This document shows, one piece after another, positions 1 through 8,728 of a DNA stretch of 15,064 bases. How positions within the stretch are numbered: position 1 is the stretch's first letter; the number at the start of each line of letters is the position of its first letter. The notes beneath the pieces are model-generated. The model was not told where the DNA came from. It searched no databases and was given only the letters and a program-made list of their open reading frames with translations. Both the position numbers and the translations under genes were made by a program. The stretch lies in IMG/VR virus record IMGVR_UViG_2778261705_000029. One strand, written 5' to 3'. The stretch is from a virus. Lineage: Duplodnaviria; Heunggongvirae; Uroviricota; Caudoviricetes.

Positions 1-600
<600 letters not shown>

Positions 601-649
601 AGGCATTTCGTCATCTCTCACCTCGCGATATTTGCGGGTGCTGTGTTGG

Positions 650-675
650 AAATAAAAAGGCCACGCAACGTGGCC
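650..675 (-). terminator. Rho-independent terminator downstream of the methyltransferase fragment
   Basis: 7-bp GC-rich stem ggccacg/cgtggcc (659-665 / 669-675) with 3-nt loop; on the minus strand it is followed by a T-rich run (complement of aaataaaaa, 650-658). Confidence 0.55.
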
Positions 676-742
676 ACCAGAATTATTTCCCCACCAGTTC
701 ACTTACCTCTTTCACCGTCTGATTAAACCGCTCTGACTCAAG

Positions 743-1057
743 TTAAACACCTAACGCCCGACGCCCCAGCGCCATTGCTGCTTTTATTGTGGAACCGAAT
801 CCCATAAAGAAATCAGCAACCAGATCACCAGGTCGACTACTGGCATTGATTATTTGCCTGAGCATATCCGCCGGTTTCTCGCACGGATGTTTACCCGGGT
901 AGAACTGAACGGGCTTATGCGTCCTGACATCGGTATAAGGCACGGAGACTGATACGGAGAAATAGCGCCGGTGAGATTTAAACTCATCCAGCAATTCAGA
1001 AGATTTGCAATTCAGTGAATCATGAGATACCACCAACTGGTGGTAGGATTGTCTCAA
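743..1057 (-). pseudogene. C-terminal fragment of a DNA (N6-adenine/N4-cytosine) methyltransferase, 5'-truncated
   Basis: The C-terminal ~60 aa (HPCEKPADMLRQIINASSRPGDLVADFFMGFGSTIKAAMALGRRALGV) resemble the C-terminal SAM-binding region of YhdJ-like DNA methylases (HPTQKP ... DPFxGSGTT pattern). The ORF begins with a TTG and has no catalytic (D/N)PPY region; upstream is AT-rich unrelated sequence. Confidence 0.45.
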
Positions 1058-1226
1058 CTAGTGAGCTTTATACATTTAAGTGCGATGCACAGATAATAAC
1101 CACGCCAATGGAATATCACACACAAAATTGATAGAACACTAACAATAAGCCACAAAATAATTCACAATTTATTTTTACAGTGGATAAGTAGCAAAGTAGT
1201 GAATGTGAATAACGGCTAACTAAGAT

Positions 1227-1256
1227 GAAACAAAAAGCCCCACAATATGTGGGGCT
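1227..1256 (-). terminator. Rho-independent terminator after the 61-aa gene
   Basis: 9-bp stem agccccaca/tgtggggct (1236-1244 / 1248-1256) with 3-nt loop; on the minus strand followed by tttttgtttc. Confidence 0.6.
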
Positions 1257-1314
1257 CCTTCGCGATTTATAGTAAAATAATCGATTCTCTAGCTGAAAAA
1301 ATCTTTAAAAATTA

Positions 1315-1500
1315 TCAGCAATACGCAAGTTTTTTACCGTCATCCGGTACTAGTTTGATCACTACACCAGGATTCTTACGCTCTAACATCTGAGTTTGAC
1401 TCCATGTAATACCAAAGGTTTCCATTGGAGATGCATTGCCAGCAAAGAGTTCGGCGACGACTTTAGCTGCCTCAATCTCTATCTGCTCATGATGTTTCAT
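1315..1500 (-). CDS. Hypothetical small protein (61 aa), part of AT-rich cargo
   Basis: ATG at 1498-1500 preceded by AAGGGGA Shine-Dalgarno about 7 nt upstream; the longer ORF start at 1548 has no RBS. Terminator immediately downstream. No family recognised. Confidence 0.45.
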   Translation of the reverse strand: MKHHEQIEIEAAKVVAELFAGNASPMETFGITWSQTQMLERKNPGVVIKLVPDDGKKLAYC

Positions 1501-1691
1501 AAAAATCCCCTTGTTCAGCACTAAGCTGTAGTTGCTTCTTTGAAGCATAAAGGCAACAAAGTTTGTTACCTGAAGATGTATAAAGTAAAGCGTAGTACAT
1601 TTTGTGTGTGCTTTGTGTGGATCCAGATTGCATCAACTAAAAGAGGTTTTCAATACTTTTGTAATGATTCTGGAGAAATTAAGAATCTAAC

Positions 1692-2234
1692 TCACACTGA
1701 TTGGTTAGGTAAAACGCTCCTAAGCACCATTGCGCAACCACCTCGTTCGTAATCAGCAATGTACTCAAAACCACTTTCAGTATAGTATCTTATTGCCCCA
1801 TCAACTGGACTAACTAAAGCTATCGAATCAATAGATTCACCCTGAAGGTTCAGAAATCGTGCATATGCAGAGAAGCAATCCAAAACGATACCAAGCATCT
1901 GATGGTCTAGGTCTTCATGTGCATCATTACGTTTTTCCATCCAGCAAATATGCACCGCATTTTTCGGCTTACAGTAACACCCAAATGCAAATCCAATAGG
2001 CTCCCCACGATAATAAACAACTAGTTTTATCGGGTTTTCTTCCATCATATCCATAAACACTCGCGACTTTAGTCCGGGATCCCACCGCAGTTTATTGTTA
2101 GCCTTGAGGAACTCCATATCTTTTAGTACCAGCTCGTCGGCATATACGAGCCCTAACGACTTATGAGGGAAGCGCCCTTTTAAATACTCTGCAACATTTT
2201 TAAATACTGCTGTTTGGAAGGCTTGAAACATCAT
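1692..2234 (-). CDS. GNAT-fold-like acyl/acetyltransferase candidate (180 aa), AT-rich cargo gene at the late-gene position
   Basis: 180-aa ORF in a clearly AT-rich stretch. The C-terminal segment AIRYYTESGFEYIADYERGGCAMVL resembles GNAT motif B and YYRGEPIGFAFG is a possible acyl-CoA-binding loop. Start codon uncertain (weak RBS at 2234). Family call is low confidence. Confidence 0.4.
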   Translation of the reverse strand: MMFQAFQTAVFKNVAEYLKGRFPHKSLGLVYADELVLKDMEFLKANNKLRWDPGLKSRVFMDMMEENPIKLVVYYRGEPIGFAFGCYCKPKNAVHICWMEKRNDAHEDLDHQMLGIVLDCFSAYARFLNLQGESIDSIALVSPVDGAIRYYTESGFEYIADYERGGCAMVLRSVLPNQSV

Positions 2235-2312
2235 GTCGATCCAGACGAGACGAAAGTTTAAATTCTACCTACTCGCCGAATACCATTTCAATGCCACACA
2301 TCTAAAATTCCG

Positions 2313-2340
2313 AAAAAAAACCCGCACATCAGCGGGTTTT
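2313..2340 (-). terminator. tR'-like rho-independent terminator downstream of the late promoter
   Basis: Stem cccgc/gcggg (2321-2325 / 2332-2336) extended by A:T pairs; on the minus strand followed by 8 consecutive U (complement of a-run 2313-2320). Only 4 T follow it on the + strand. Confidence 0.7.
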
Positions 2341-2385
2341 CTACTTTTTATTAAAGCCGGACACACAATGCCTATCATTGAGAAA

Positions 2386-2414
2386 ATATTATCCATTTTT
2401 TTTGAAAAATGCAA
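2386..2414 (-). promoter_or_regulatory. pR'-like sigma70 late promoter downstream of the Q-like gene
   Basis: On the minus strand: -35 TTGCAT (complement of 2409-2414), 17-nt spacer, -10 TAATAT (complement of 2386-2391). Predicted start near 2379 gives a ~65-nt transcript ending at the 2313-2340 terminator, the classic Q-antiterminated pR'/tR' arrangement. Confidence 0.5.
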
Positions 2415-2445
2415 GCATCATGTCGCCATTTTCGTCGAAAATCAT

Positions 2446-3198
2446 TCATCTCGTCACTTTCCTCAATTGTGTCTCAGCATACGCTTCTTCCTGCCAGCAC
2501 TTTGTAACCAGTTTATCAATGACATCTGCATATCCTTTGTACCACTGATAATCCGTCAGGTCTGGTACCAGCTTCTGGACATGAAGCCGCGCCAGTGTGG
2601 TTGGTAAACGGCTAAACCGGTTTCCATTGCAACGCCCACAAACCTTATAAACAGGCGTGCCATGAAGCCTGGTTCTTTTTTCATCCAGGACAATACCTTT
2701 ACCCTTACACCCTCTGCACGCTGTGCTGACTTCTCCCTTACCATGACAATGCTGACACAGTTCCTTCACCCACTCTTCCTTGATAACAGATTCCCCGCTT
2801 CTGGAGTGTTTCACCACCTCGCGCAATACATCATGAAATCCAGTACCAGCACAATGCTCACAGCGAGCCTTACTTGCCGCAGACCTGGAATAATCAGCAA
2901 AGGCAAAATTCACAAGGTAAGGAATGATCTGTAGCCGGGTTTCTTCACTCAATTTGTTCAATGTCGGGTTATCCAGTGCCATCGCGTAATTGAGCAGACC
3001 TTCAATCGCAAACTGAGGATCCTGAACACCAACTTTTGCCAGGAATAAGGCAAACCCAAGCGGTGCTTTCGACTGCACCATCCCCTGCGCAGCCATTACA
3101 TCCGTAATTGTTAAACCACCAGAGCCTGTCGCCGGTGCGTCATCGCTCAATTTTGGAGATTTTGGGGAGTAATATTTCGGTAAGGCTTCAAAGTTCAT
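2446..3198 (-). CDS. Q-like late antiterminator candidate (250 aa) with DnaJ-type CxxCxGxG zinc-finger repeats
   Basis: ATG at 3196-3198 with GGAG RBS. Last gene of the early-right operon, immediately upstream of the pR'/tR'-like unit. Contains CEHCAGTG, CQHCHGKG, CRGCKGKG and CGRCNGNR. Length and position match my recollection of Qin-prophage QuuQ. Confidence 0.5.
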   Translation of the reverse strand: MNFEALPKYYSPKSPKLSDDAPATGSGGLTITDVMAAQGMVQSKAPLGFALFLAKVGVQDPQFAIEGLLNYAMALDNPTLNKLSEETRLQIIPYLVNFAFADYSRSAASKARCEHCAGTGFHDVLREVVKHSRSGESVIKEEWVKELCQHCHGKGEVSTACRGCKGKGIVLDEKRTRLHGTPVYKVCGRCNGNRFSRLPTTLARLHVQKLVPDLTDYQWYKGYADVIDKLVTKCWQEEAYAETQLRKVTR

Positions 3199-3211
3199 GC
3201 TCGTTCTCCAC

Positions 3212-4207
3212 TTACGCCAGTACGCCTATTGCCAGCGCACGATCGATAAAACGAAATATCAGCTCCAGCTGGGAGCCATACTTCTCTTCAAATGCCACGG
3301 TATCCGCATGCAGCTCGTCGTGATGCTTTCTGCACAAAGGCAACACAAAGAGGTCATGCGCTTTTGTACCCATTCCTCCCTGACCGTGACCTATCAGGTG
3401 GTGGGGATCATCAGCAGGCTTTCCACAACATGCACACGGCTGTGTCTTAACCCAGCGCGTGTACTTTTCATTAACCCAGCGGCGACGTTTTGGGCGTAAC
3501 ATAAAAGACTCCGGCGACTCAGGATCCACTTTCAGCGCCAGCACCTTTTTCGCTTTATCCTGGATGATGCTGGTGGCAGGAACCGAAGGCACAAGGTCAC
3601 TTTCCCGGGTAACAGACGGCACAACAGGCTTCGGTAATCTAAGTGCCTTACGGGCTGCACTTTCCGGTAAGGCATCCGCCAGGTCATTACGAATCAGCCA
3701 CCAGCACAGTTCCGGCATTGTCACAACGTGACTGTCATCAAAACCGAGATCCCGACGCACAACAGACAACACCCAGCGGGCACAGTTATCCGTTGCCATT
3801 GATTCCAGCCGTTCCGTGAACTGATCGCGCAGCTGGTTATCGCAGTGCCAGCACAGACGGATTGCGCCCGGAGCGTGTCGCATTGTGGTCATGTTCTCGC
3901 TGTGCCAGTCGGAATGAGGCCACTGGCAGCCTTTTTCACGAAGTAACCAGCTTTCAAGACATTCCACGCCACCAGCACGACGGATCACTGCCTCATTGCG
4001 GAACACGGCCCGAACGGCAGGATCATCCGCCAGCGGTTGTGATGCCGCCGGAACGGCACCACTGGCGAAAGATGAATAACGTTCCGGCTCAGGCTCCAGC
4101 AGGACACGCCCCTGCATAAACAGGGGCATCAGCTCTGAACCTGGCCTGAACAATACGATCCCCATACGCGGGGCAATTTCAGGAGTCAGTAGTGCTCTCA
4201 CGGTCAC
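3212..4207 (-). CDS. DUF968/YdfU-like prophage protein with C-terminal HNH-like Cys/His motif
   Basis: 331-aa ORF with GTG start at 4205-4207 directly after the upstream stop. C-terminus CACCGKPADDPHHLIGHGQGGMGTKAHDLFVLPLCRKHHDELH is an HNH-like metal-binding motif. Position upstream of Q matches my recollection of ydfU in Qin. Confidence 0.5.
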   Translation of the reverse strand: MTVRALLTPEIAPRMGIVLFRPGSELMPLFMQGRVLLEPEPERYSSFASGAVPAASQPLADDPAVRAVFRNEAVIRRAGGVECLESWLLREKGCQWPHSDWHSENMTTMRHAPGAIRLCWHCDNQLRDQFTERLESMATDNCARWVLSVVRRDLGFDDSHVVTMPELCWWLIRNDLADALPESAARKALRLPKPVVPSVTRESDLVPSVPATSIIQDKAKKVLALKVDPESPESFMLRPKRRRWVNEKYTRWVKTQPCACCGKPADDPHHLIGHGQGGMGTKAHDLFVLPLCRKHHDELHADTVAFEEKYGSQLELIFRFIDRALAIGVLA

Positions 4208-4208
4208 C

Positions 4209-5018
4209 TCAATGAACGGTATCGAGCAGCTTTAACAGCTCAGGGAATCGGGATTCGAAGAAATGCGGCTGCGTCTCGCGCGGATTTGCGGGACTGGTGA
4301 TGTTCTTGCCGAACATGCAGCCTTTCGCTGTCAGCGACCAGAATTTTTTGATGTTGTTAATCGCAGTGCGGCTGTATCGTTCACGTTGTTCAACGATCCC
4401 CAGCTTCGCCATCTGGTGATATGCCTGATTAGCTGTCAGGCGGATACCATACTGCTTCAGCAGTGCACTCAATGATAGCGTGGGGCGGCTTGAGCCATCA
4501 GGCGCGTCAGCAGGAGCATCAATGGCATAGCGCGGTGCCAGATTCGGTAAGCCAACAGCCTCCTGGAGTTTCTGACAGGCACCAAGCACTGAAGAGTTAG
4601 ACAGGTTTAACTCCCGGCGCATAAAGTCCAGCAGGATCACGCCAGCCTGCATCTTGTCAGCAGCCTGTCCGGATAATTTTTCCGGTGCGCTGGTTACCAT
4701 ATCGAAAGTACGGATCACCTTCAGATGGAATGACGGGCTGATCCACATTGCATAGGCATACACCAGTTCCTTGCAGACATACGTTCCCCGTTCATTTCCC
4801 CCATGAATCACACTCACCGGGTCAACACCCAAATTCTGGGTGTTGGTCAATTCATGAACAAGCTCAACAGTTTGTTGGCTGGAAAGAAACTTTCCCGGCT
4901 CCTTGGTTCTGGCATTTGCACCAGATGCTACTGCTGCGCGATGCAGATCGTTCAGGCTGTAACGCCCATAAGCATCACGACGAACTTCAATACCATCAAT
5001 GACCATCAGATTATTCAT
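4209..5018 (-). CDS. KilA-N domain protein (269 aa)
   Basis: ATG at 5016-5018 with AGGAG RBS. N-terminal ~100 aa (VIDGIEVRRDAYGRYSLNDLHRAA ... HGGNERGTYVCKELVYAYAMWISPSFHLKVI) fits the KilA-N/APSES-type DNA-binding domain. Confidence 0.65.
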   Translation of the reverse strand: MNNLMVIDGIEVRRDAYGRYSLNDLHRAAVASGANARTKEPGKFLSSQQTVELVHELTNTQNLGVDPVSVIHGGNERGTYVCKELVYAYAMWISPSFHLKVIRTFDMVTSAPEKLSGQAADKMQAGVILLDFMRRELNLSNSSVLGACQKLQEAVGLPNLAPRYAIDAPADAPDGSSRPTLSLSALLKQYGIRLTANQAYHQMAKLGIVEQRERYSRTAINNIKKFWSLTAKGCMFGKNITSPANPRETQPHFFESRFPELLKLLDTVH

Positions 5019-5037
5019 ACTTCGTTTCTCCTCTTAA

Positions 5038-5427
5038 TCAGGCGGCTGCACCCGCCGTTTTCTCGTACTTACTGATAGTGATCTCGACCTTCCCTTCCGG
5101 GATAACCGGTCCCCACTCCACCAGCATTCTTTTCACCTGACTGTCGTCTTCCCACACACCCGCGTGGGTCAGGGCGTCAAACAGCGCCTTGTTATAGTTG
5201 TCCAGATCGCGGATCCGGTTATCCGGAGGAAACAACACGATCTCCACTGAAGCAGGTGCCGACGTTGGTTTCGGCAGACGACGTAACTGCTCAACTATTG
5301 CTGCGCACGCCGCGCTCTGGAATTTTCGCCCCGCCGCGCTTATCAGGCTCTTACCAGCAAACGCCCCTTTGTTGGGGTGTCGCCAGTACGTGTTCACGCT
5401 GGGCGGAAAAGGCAGGATCAGCTTCAT
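5038..5427 (-). CDS. rusA: RusA-family Holliday-junction resolvase
   Basis: 129-aa protein with the RusA pattern (LPFPPSVNTYWRH ... RDLDNYNKALFDALTHAGVWEDDSQV). Start ATG 5425-5427 overlaps the upstream stop (ATGA coupling). Confidence 0.85.
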   Translation of the reverse strand: MKLILPFPPSVNTYWRHPNKGAFAGKSLISAAGRKFQSAACAAIVEQLRRLPKPTSAPASVEIVLFPPDNRIRDLDNYNKALFDALTHAGVWEDDSQVKRMLVEWGPVIPEGKVEITISKYEKTAGAAA

Positions 5428-5750
5428 ACTTTCAGGTCCCTCTCATGTAACCAGTGGGTTGCACGCAGCCTTGCGTTTTCCTCACCGGCAAGCAGTGCGC
5501 GGATAATCCCGACCGCCTCGCTGTCGTCGTCCTTCACCGCGATATGAAGCGTTATCCCCCGGGCCACGCCACGCTTTATCGTGATGACGCCTTTTTTCTC
5601 CAGTGCGCGAAGATGCTCCACCGCTGCATTCACTGAACGGTATCCCAGCATGGTTGCCACCTCCTGATTGGTTGGCGGGAAGCCACGTTCTTTCTGATAA
5701 GAAATCAGCATATCCAGCACCTGCTGCTGGCATTGAGTTAACGTCGTCAT
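5424..5750 (-). CDS. LexA N-terminal DNA-binding-domain homolog lacking the S24 peptidase domain (108 aa)
   Basis: Residues 1-70 align with the E. coli LexA winged-helix DBD, including the recognition-helix region (LexA RSPNAAEEHLKALARKGVI vs here RSVNAAVEHLRALEKKGVI). No Ser/Lys peptidase domain follows. ATGA coupling with the upstream methyltransferase gene. Confidence 0.7.
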   Translation of the reverse strand: MTTLTQCQQQVLDMLISYQKERGFPPTNQEVATMLGYRSVNAAVEHLRALEKKGVITIKRGVARGITLHIAVKDDDSEAVGIIRALLAGEENARLRATHWLHERDLKV

Positions 5751-6400
5751 GCCGCCATCTCCCTGACCAGTTTTTCTGCCTGCTGGCGAACCTGCGCCAG
5801 AAAGGCCTCACCACATGCCTCAAGTTCATAGCGCCCGATGTAGCTGATTGCCGGTCCCTTCCAGGTCTTGTCGAAAACAGCAATAGCACCAGCGAAGAAA
5901 GCGCCTGTCGGCACCTGCTTCTCATCCTTCGGGATAAACCAGGCAGGCAGTTCAAAACCAATACGCCCGCGAATAAAAGCAATATGATCTGCATCTTCCG
6001 GCCACCACACTTCGCTGGTGGCAGCTTTGATCAGGAAAACATAGCGCCCGCCTTTATCACGCATGGCACTGGCATGCTTCATGATGTAACGCATGCCGGT
6101 GATGTATTGCCCCTCATGCTGACTGGCGCGGCTGTATGGGGGATTACCAAAGGCAGCACCTTTAAGCTCCGCAAGACGTTCTGACCAGTCATGCGCCAGC
6201 GCGTTGTCTTCCGCAGTGTAATAAGCGGCACATTTGGCGTTATCACCGTCAGTGAACAGATCCAGAACAAACGGGCCAAACAGGGTGTTAATTCCCCAGA
6301 AAATGTTGTCCGGCGTGCGCCACTGATCGCCCACTTCCTTCAGTTCATGGGCTGGTTTGTTCCGCAGCTCCACCAGCGCCTGGCAATATTTATTACTCAT
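5747..6400 (-). CDS. Phage Dam-like N6-adenine DNA methyltransferase
   Basis: Catalytic NPPY motif (GNPPYSR) and a DLFTD-type SAM-binding region. Start ATG 6398-6400 overlaps the upstream stop (TAATG); an in-frame alternative start lies at 6433. Confidence 0.75.
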   Translation of the reverse strand: MSNKYCQALVELRNKPAHELKEVGDQWRTPDNIFWGINTLFGPFVLDLFTDGDNAKCAAYYTAEDNALAHDWSERLAELKGAAFGNPPYSRASQHEGQYITGMRYIMKHASAMRDKGGRYVFLIKAATSEVWWPEDADHIAFIRGRIGFELPAWFIPKDEKQVPTGAFFAGAIAVFDKTWKGPAISYIGRYELEACGEAFLAQVRQQAEKLVREMAA

Positions 6401-6888
6401 TAAGCCCCCACGTAATTCCCTGACAGATACCACTCTTCACCCGATACAGCGCGCTTGCTGCTTTTCCGTAAGCACCGCTCACAACGCGCCAGAAAATTGT
6501 TTCGTTCTGGCTGGGAGTGGCTTTCACGGAATGCCGCCATCCACACCGTTGCAGCACGACGGTATAAGCCCCTGGACTCCAGTTCTTCAGCCTGGCGGGT
6601 CAGGCACAAAATCACCCGGGGATCGTTAGTGCCGACATAGAAATTGCGCACAGGTCTGGTTTCACGAACTGGTTGTGGTTCCGGCTCCTGCGCTCTCTCA
6701 GTCAGGCGCGGGAAATGTCTGCGTGTATCCCCTTCACAACGGTGAGCCACACGCCCACTCTGACGTAACTTGCTTGCAGACTGCAGAACGCGCTGCCGTG
6801 AGTAACCTGCAAAAGCATCCGCAATGTCTCCGGAAGTACAGCCCGGATGGGCTTCAATGAATTTCTGAACGTCATTCAAAAGACTCAT
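6400..6888 (-). CDS. Hypothetical prophage protein (162 aa) downstream of the replication initiator
   Basis: ATG at 6886-6888, 2 nt after the O-like gene stop; the track's start at 6894 is a GTG. No Walker motif, so not a DnaC/helicase-loader type. No family recognised. Confidence 0.5.
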   Translation of the reverse strand: MSLLNDVQKFIEAHPGCTSGDIADAFAGYSRQRVLQSASKLRQSGRVAHRCEGDTRRHFPRLTERAQEPEPQPVRETRPVRNFYVGTNDPRVILCLTRQAEELESRGLYRRAATVWMAAFRESHSQPERNNFLARCERCLRKSSKRAVSGEEWYLSGNYVGA

Positions 6889-6890
6889 GC

Positions 6891-7832
6891 TCACCCCCTG
6901 AATCCTGCCGGGATCTGGCTGTAGTCCACGTTGTCGTAACTGGCTTTGAAGTACGGGTCCTCGCGTTTTTCGGTGTACGTGCTGACGGACGGCGATAAGC
7001 GCAGGGAAAGCTCATCCCATTTTTCCCGCAGCTTCGACGGGCTGAGCACGTTACGGCACCAGAACGGATCGCGACTGACGCGGCTGTACATCTCGCAGAT
7101 TTGTTTATGAGTACGACCATCCTGCACACACATCAGGCGAATTTCGTTTGCCCAGGCTGTCCAGTTCGGTTCTTTGGGACGAACCACCTCGCCGTCACAT
7201 TCGGCGGCATGCTCGTACAGGGCGATGATTTTTTTCCAGAGCCACTGTGCACAGGTCAAATCATCCTGCGTCCCCCACTGGCGCTTTTTAGGGCTGAATA
7301 CAACCGCATCAGGATGGCGAGTTAAAAAATCCTGTTCATCCGTCTGCGTGTCCGGTTGCGAAGCGTCCGGACGAGAAGGTTTTTTATCTGACGGATCATG
7401 TTTTGATTTTACTGACGGATCCCCGCCAGATTCTGACGGGTGAAAACCCGCTTTTTTGCCAGATTTCGACGCATCAAATTTTGACGGGTCAGATTTTGAT
7501 GCGTCAGATTTTGACGGGTCAGAATCTGACAGTTGAGAAAATGCCGCTGCCTGAAGCTTCGCAACGTTAAGCTGATAAACATTCGACGCATTGCGGTTAC
7601 CCTGGCGACGCGCCTTACGCGTTAACCAGCCTTCTGCTTCCAGCCGTGCGATAGCCGTTCTGACGGTGCTCATCCCCGCGCCAATCTGGCGGGCAATGGT
7701 TTCAATTGATGGCCAGCACACACCTTCGTCATTACTGAAATCAGCCAGGCGGGCCATAATTGCCACGCTGGATAACTTCATGCCTGACGCAGCGCAACCA
7801 TCCCATACATAGCCGGTTAATTTAGTGCTCAT
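6891..7832 (-). CDS. Lambda O-like replication initiator (replisome organiser) with internal origin iterons
   Basis: ATG 7830-7832 with GAGG RBS. N-terminal winged-helix region (MSTKLTGYVWDGCAASGMKLSSVAIMARLADFSNDEGVCWPSIETIARQIGAGMSTVRTAIARLEAEGWL) typical of phage replication initiators; a repetitive D/S/K linker is encoded by the DNA iterons. Confidence 0.7.
   Translation of the reverse strand: MSTKLTGYVWDGCAASGMKLSSVAIMARLADFSNDEGVCWPSIETIARQIGAGMSTVRTAIARLEAEGWLTRKARRQGNRNASNVYQLNVAKLQAAAFSQLSDSDPSKSDASKSDPSKFDASKSGKKAGFHPSESGGDPSVKSKHDPSDKKPSRPDASQPDTQTDEQDFLTRHPDAVVFSPKKRQWGTQDDLTCAQWLWKKIIALYEHAAECDGEVVRPKEPNWTAWANEIRLMCVQDGRTHKQICEMYSRVSRDPFWCRNVLSPSKLREKWDELSLRLSPSVSTYTEKREDPYFKASYDNVDYSQIPAGFRG
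7385..7530. repeat. Origin-of-replication iterons embedded in the O-like gene
   Basis: At least seven direct or inverted copies of a TCTGACGG(G/A)TCA-type motif (tctgacggatca, ctgacggatcc, tctgacgggtga, ttttgacgggtcagatt twice, tgatgcgtcag twice). Confidence 0.65.
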
Positions 7833-7841
7833 GACCGACCT

Positions 7842-8180
7842 CTATTTCCCTGAATTTACGACGAAACTGTTCGAGCGGGCTGAAGCACTCATGCTCATAG
7901 CCTTCGCGGAGGTAGATAACCCGTTGTGTTTCCGGTTCCCAACGAATGACTCTGACGGGCACTCCGTAGTGATCTTTGAACCAGCGGTTAACTTGTCGCA
8001 AAGGACTGTCTCCTTTTGCCTGTTGAAATCACCCACAGCCCACTCTGCAAAGCTGTGGGTTACAATTTCCCTGTCACCTGGTACATTCACTGCATAGCAA
8101 TACTCCACCTTCGCTTTTCCACCCGGTACAGGAAGTGCAATCAGTTGCGAGCGACGGTAGTGTGTTGTTAAACTGTTCAT
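7842..8180 (-). CDS. Hypothetical protein between the CII-like gene and O (extent uncertain)
   Basis: ATG 8178-8180 overlaps the upstream stop (ATGA). The N-terminal ~68 aa look protein-like, the C-terminal third is Ser-rich and low complexity. A + strand ORF (7831-8097) overlaps it, so the true coding frame is unresolved. Confidence 0.35.
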   Translation of the reverse strand: MNSLTTHYRRSQLIALPVPGGKAKVEYCYAVNVPGDREIVTHSFAEWAVGDFNRQKETVLCDKLTAGSKITTECPSESFVGNRKHNGLSTSAKAMSMSASARSNSFVVNSGK

Positions 8181-8728
8181 GCGTTAGTTTCTCCACAGTC
8201 ACGACACGCCACGGCGCCCGGAGCTGCACACTCGCGGGCGTCATTACTTTCTGAAATGCAAAAAATTTTGTAGACCAGTGCTGCATGCTCCTGCAGCTTC
8301 GAAATTGAGAGGTACAGCTCGTCGTTAATTGCTGTCTTCTCATGCGGTTCCACTACACCGTCTTCAATTGCTGAACGAATCTGTTTTGAATAACTGCCGA
8401 TCTGTTCAATGACCTCCAGCAGGCGTTGGTTGATATCGGCGTTGTCCACATCCTCGACATCAGGAAGAGACACAAAGACGCCATTTGCAGACTGCGCCAC
8501 AGCGTCAGCAATGAAGTGAGTTCCACCAGCACGTTGCAAAATCATTGCCCATCCCAGCGGGAAAATCTGATCGCCATCGGCACGAAGGCGGTTAAATAAT
8601 GCGTTCTCTGTTACATCCAGCCAGTCAGCAGCTTCAGCGTACCCCCCCGGCAACGCTGCGATAGTTTTTCTGACAGCTTTCACGTACCACTCAGGCTGTT
8701 TTTCTACTTTCCAGTGATGCTTACCCAC
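8177..8728 (-). CDS. CII-like regulator candidate (YdaT/CP76-type, 183 aa)
   Basis: GTG start 8726-8728 with strong AGGAGG RBS, overlapping the last codons of cro. Position directly after cro is the cII/YdaT slot. The family call rests on position and general resemblance only. Confidence 0.45.
   Translation of the reverse strand: MGKHHWKVEKQPEWYVKAVRKTIAALPGGYAEAADWLDVTENALFNRLRADGDQIFPLGWAMILQRAGGTHFIADAVAQSANGVFVSLPDVEDVDNADINQRLLEVIEQIGSYSKQIRSAIEDGVVEPHEKTAINDELYLSISKLQEHAALVYKIFCISESNDARECAAPGAVACRDCGETNA

Noticed and set aside
1178-1190. DnaA-box-like sequence (complement of tggataagt, 8 of 9 matches to TTATCCACA)
   Set aside because: Single imperfect copy in AT-rich DNA with no clustered boxes; likely chance.
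3108-3731. Several 70-100 aa + strand ORFs inside the DUF968-like and Q-like genes
   Set aside because: Antisense to well-supported genes, no RBS, low-complexity translations.
5482-6184. ORFs 5482-5994 (-) and 5603-6184 (+) overlapping the Dam-like methyltransferase gene
   Set aside because: Alternative-frame or antisense ORFs with Arg/Gly/Ser-rich junk-like translations; the methyltransferase frame has clear motifs.
7831-8097. + strand ORF antisense to the operon between the CII-like gene and O
   Set aside because: No ribosome-binding site and opposite to operon polarity. Not fully excluded: its N-terminal half looks protein-like and the overlapping minus-strand ORF has a low-complexity tail.
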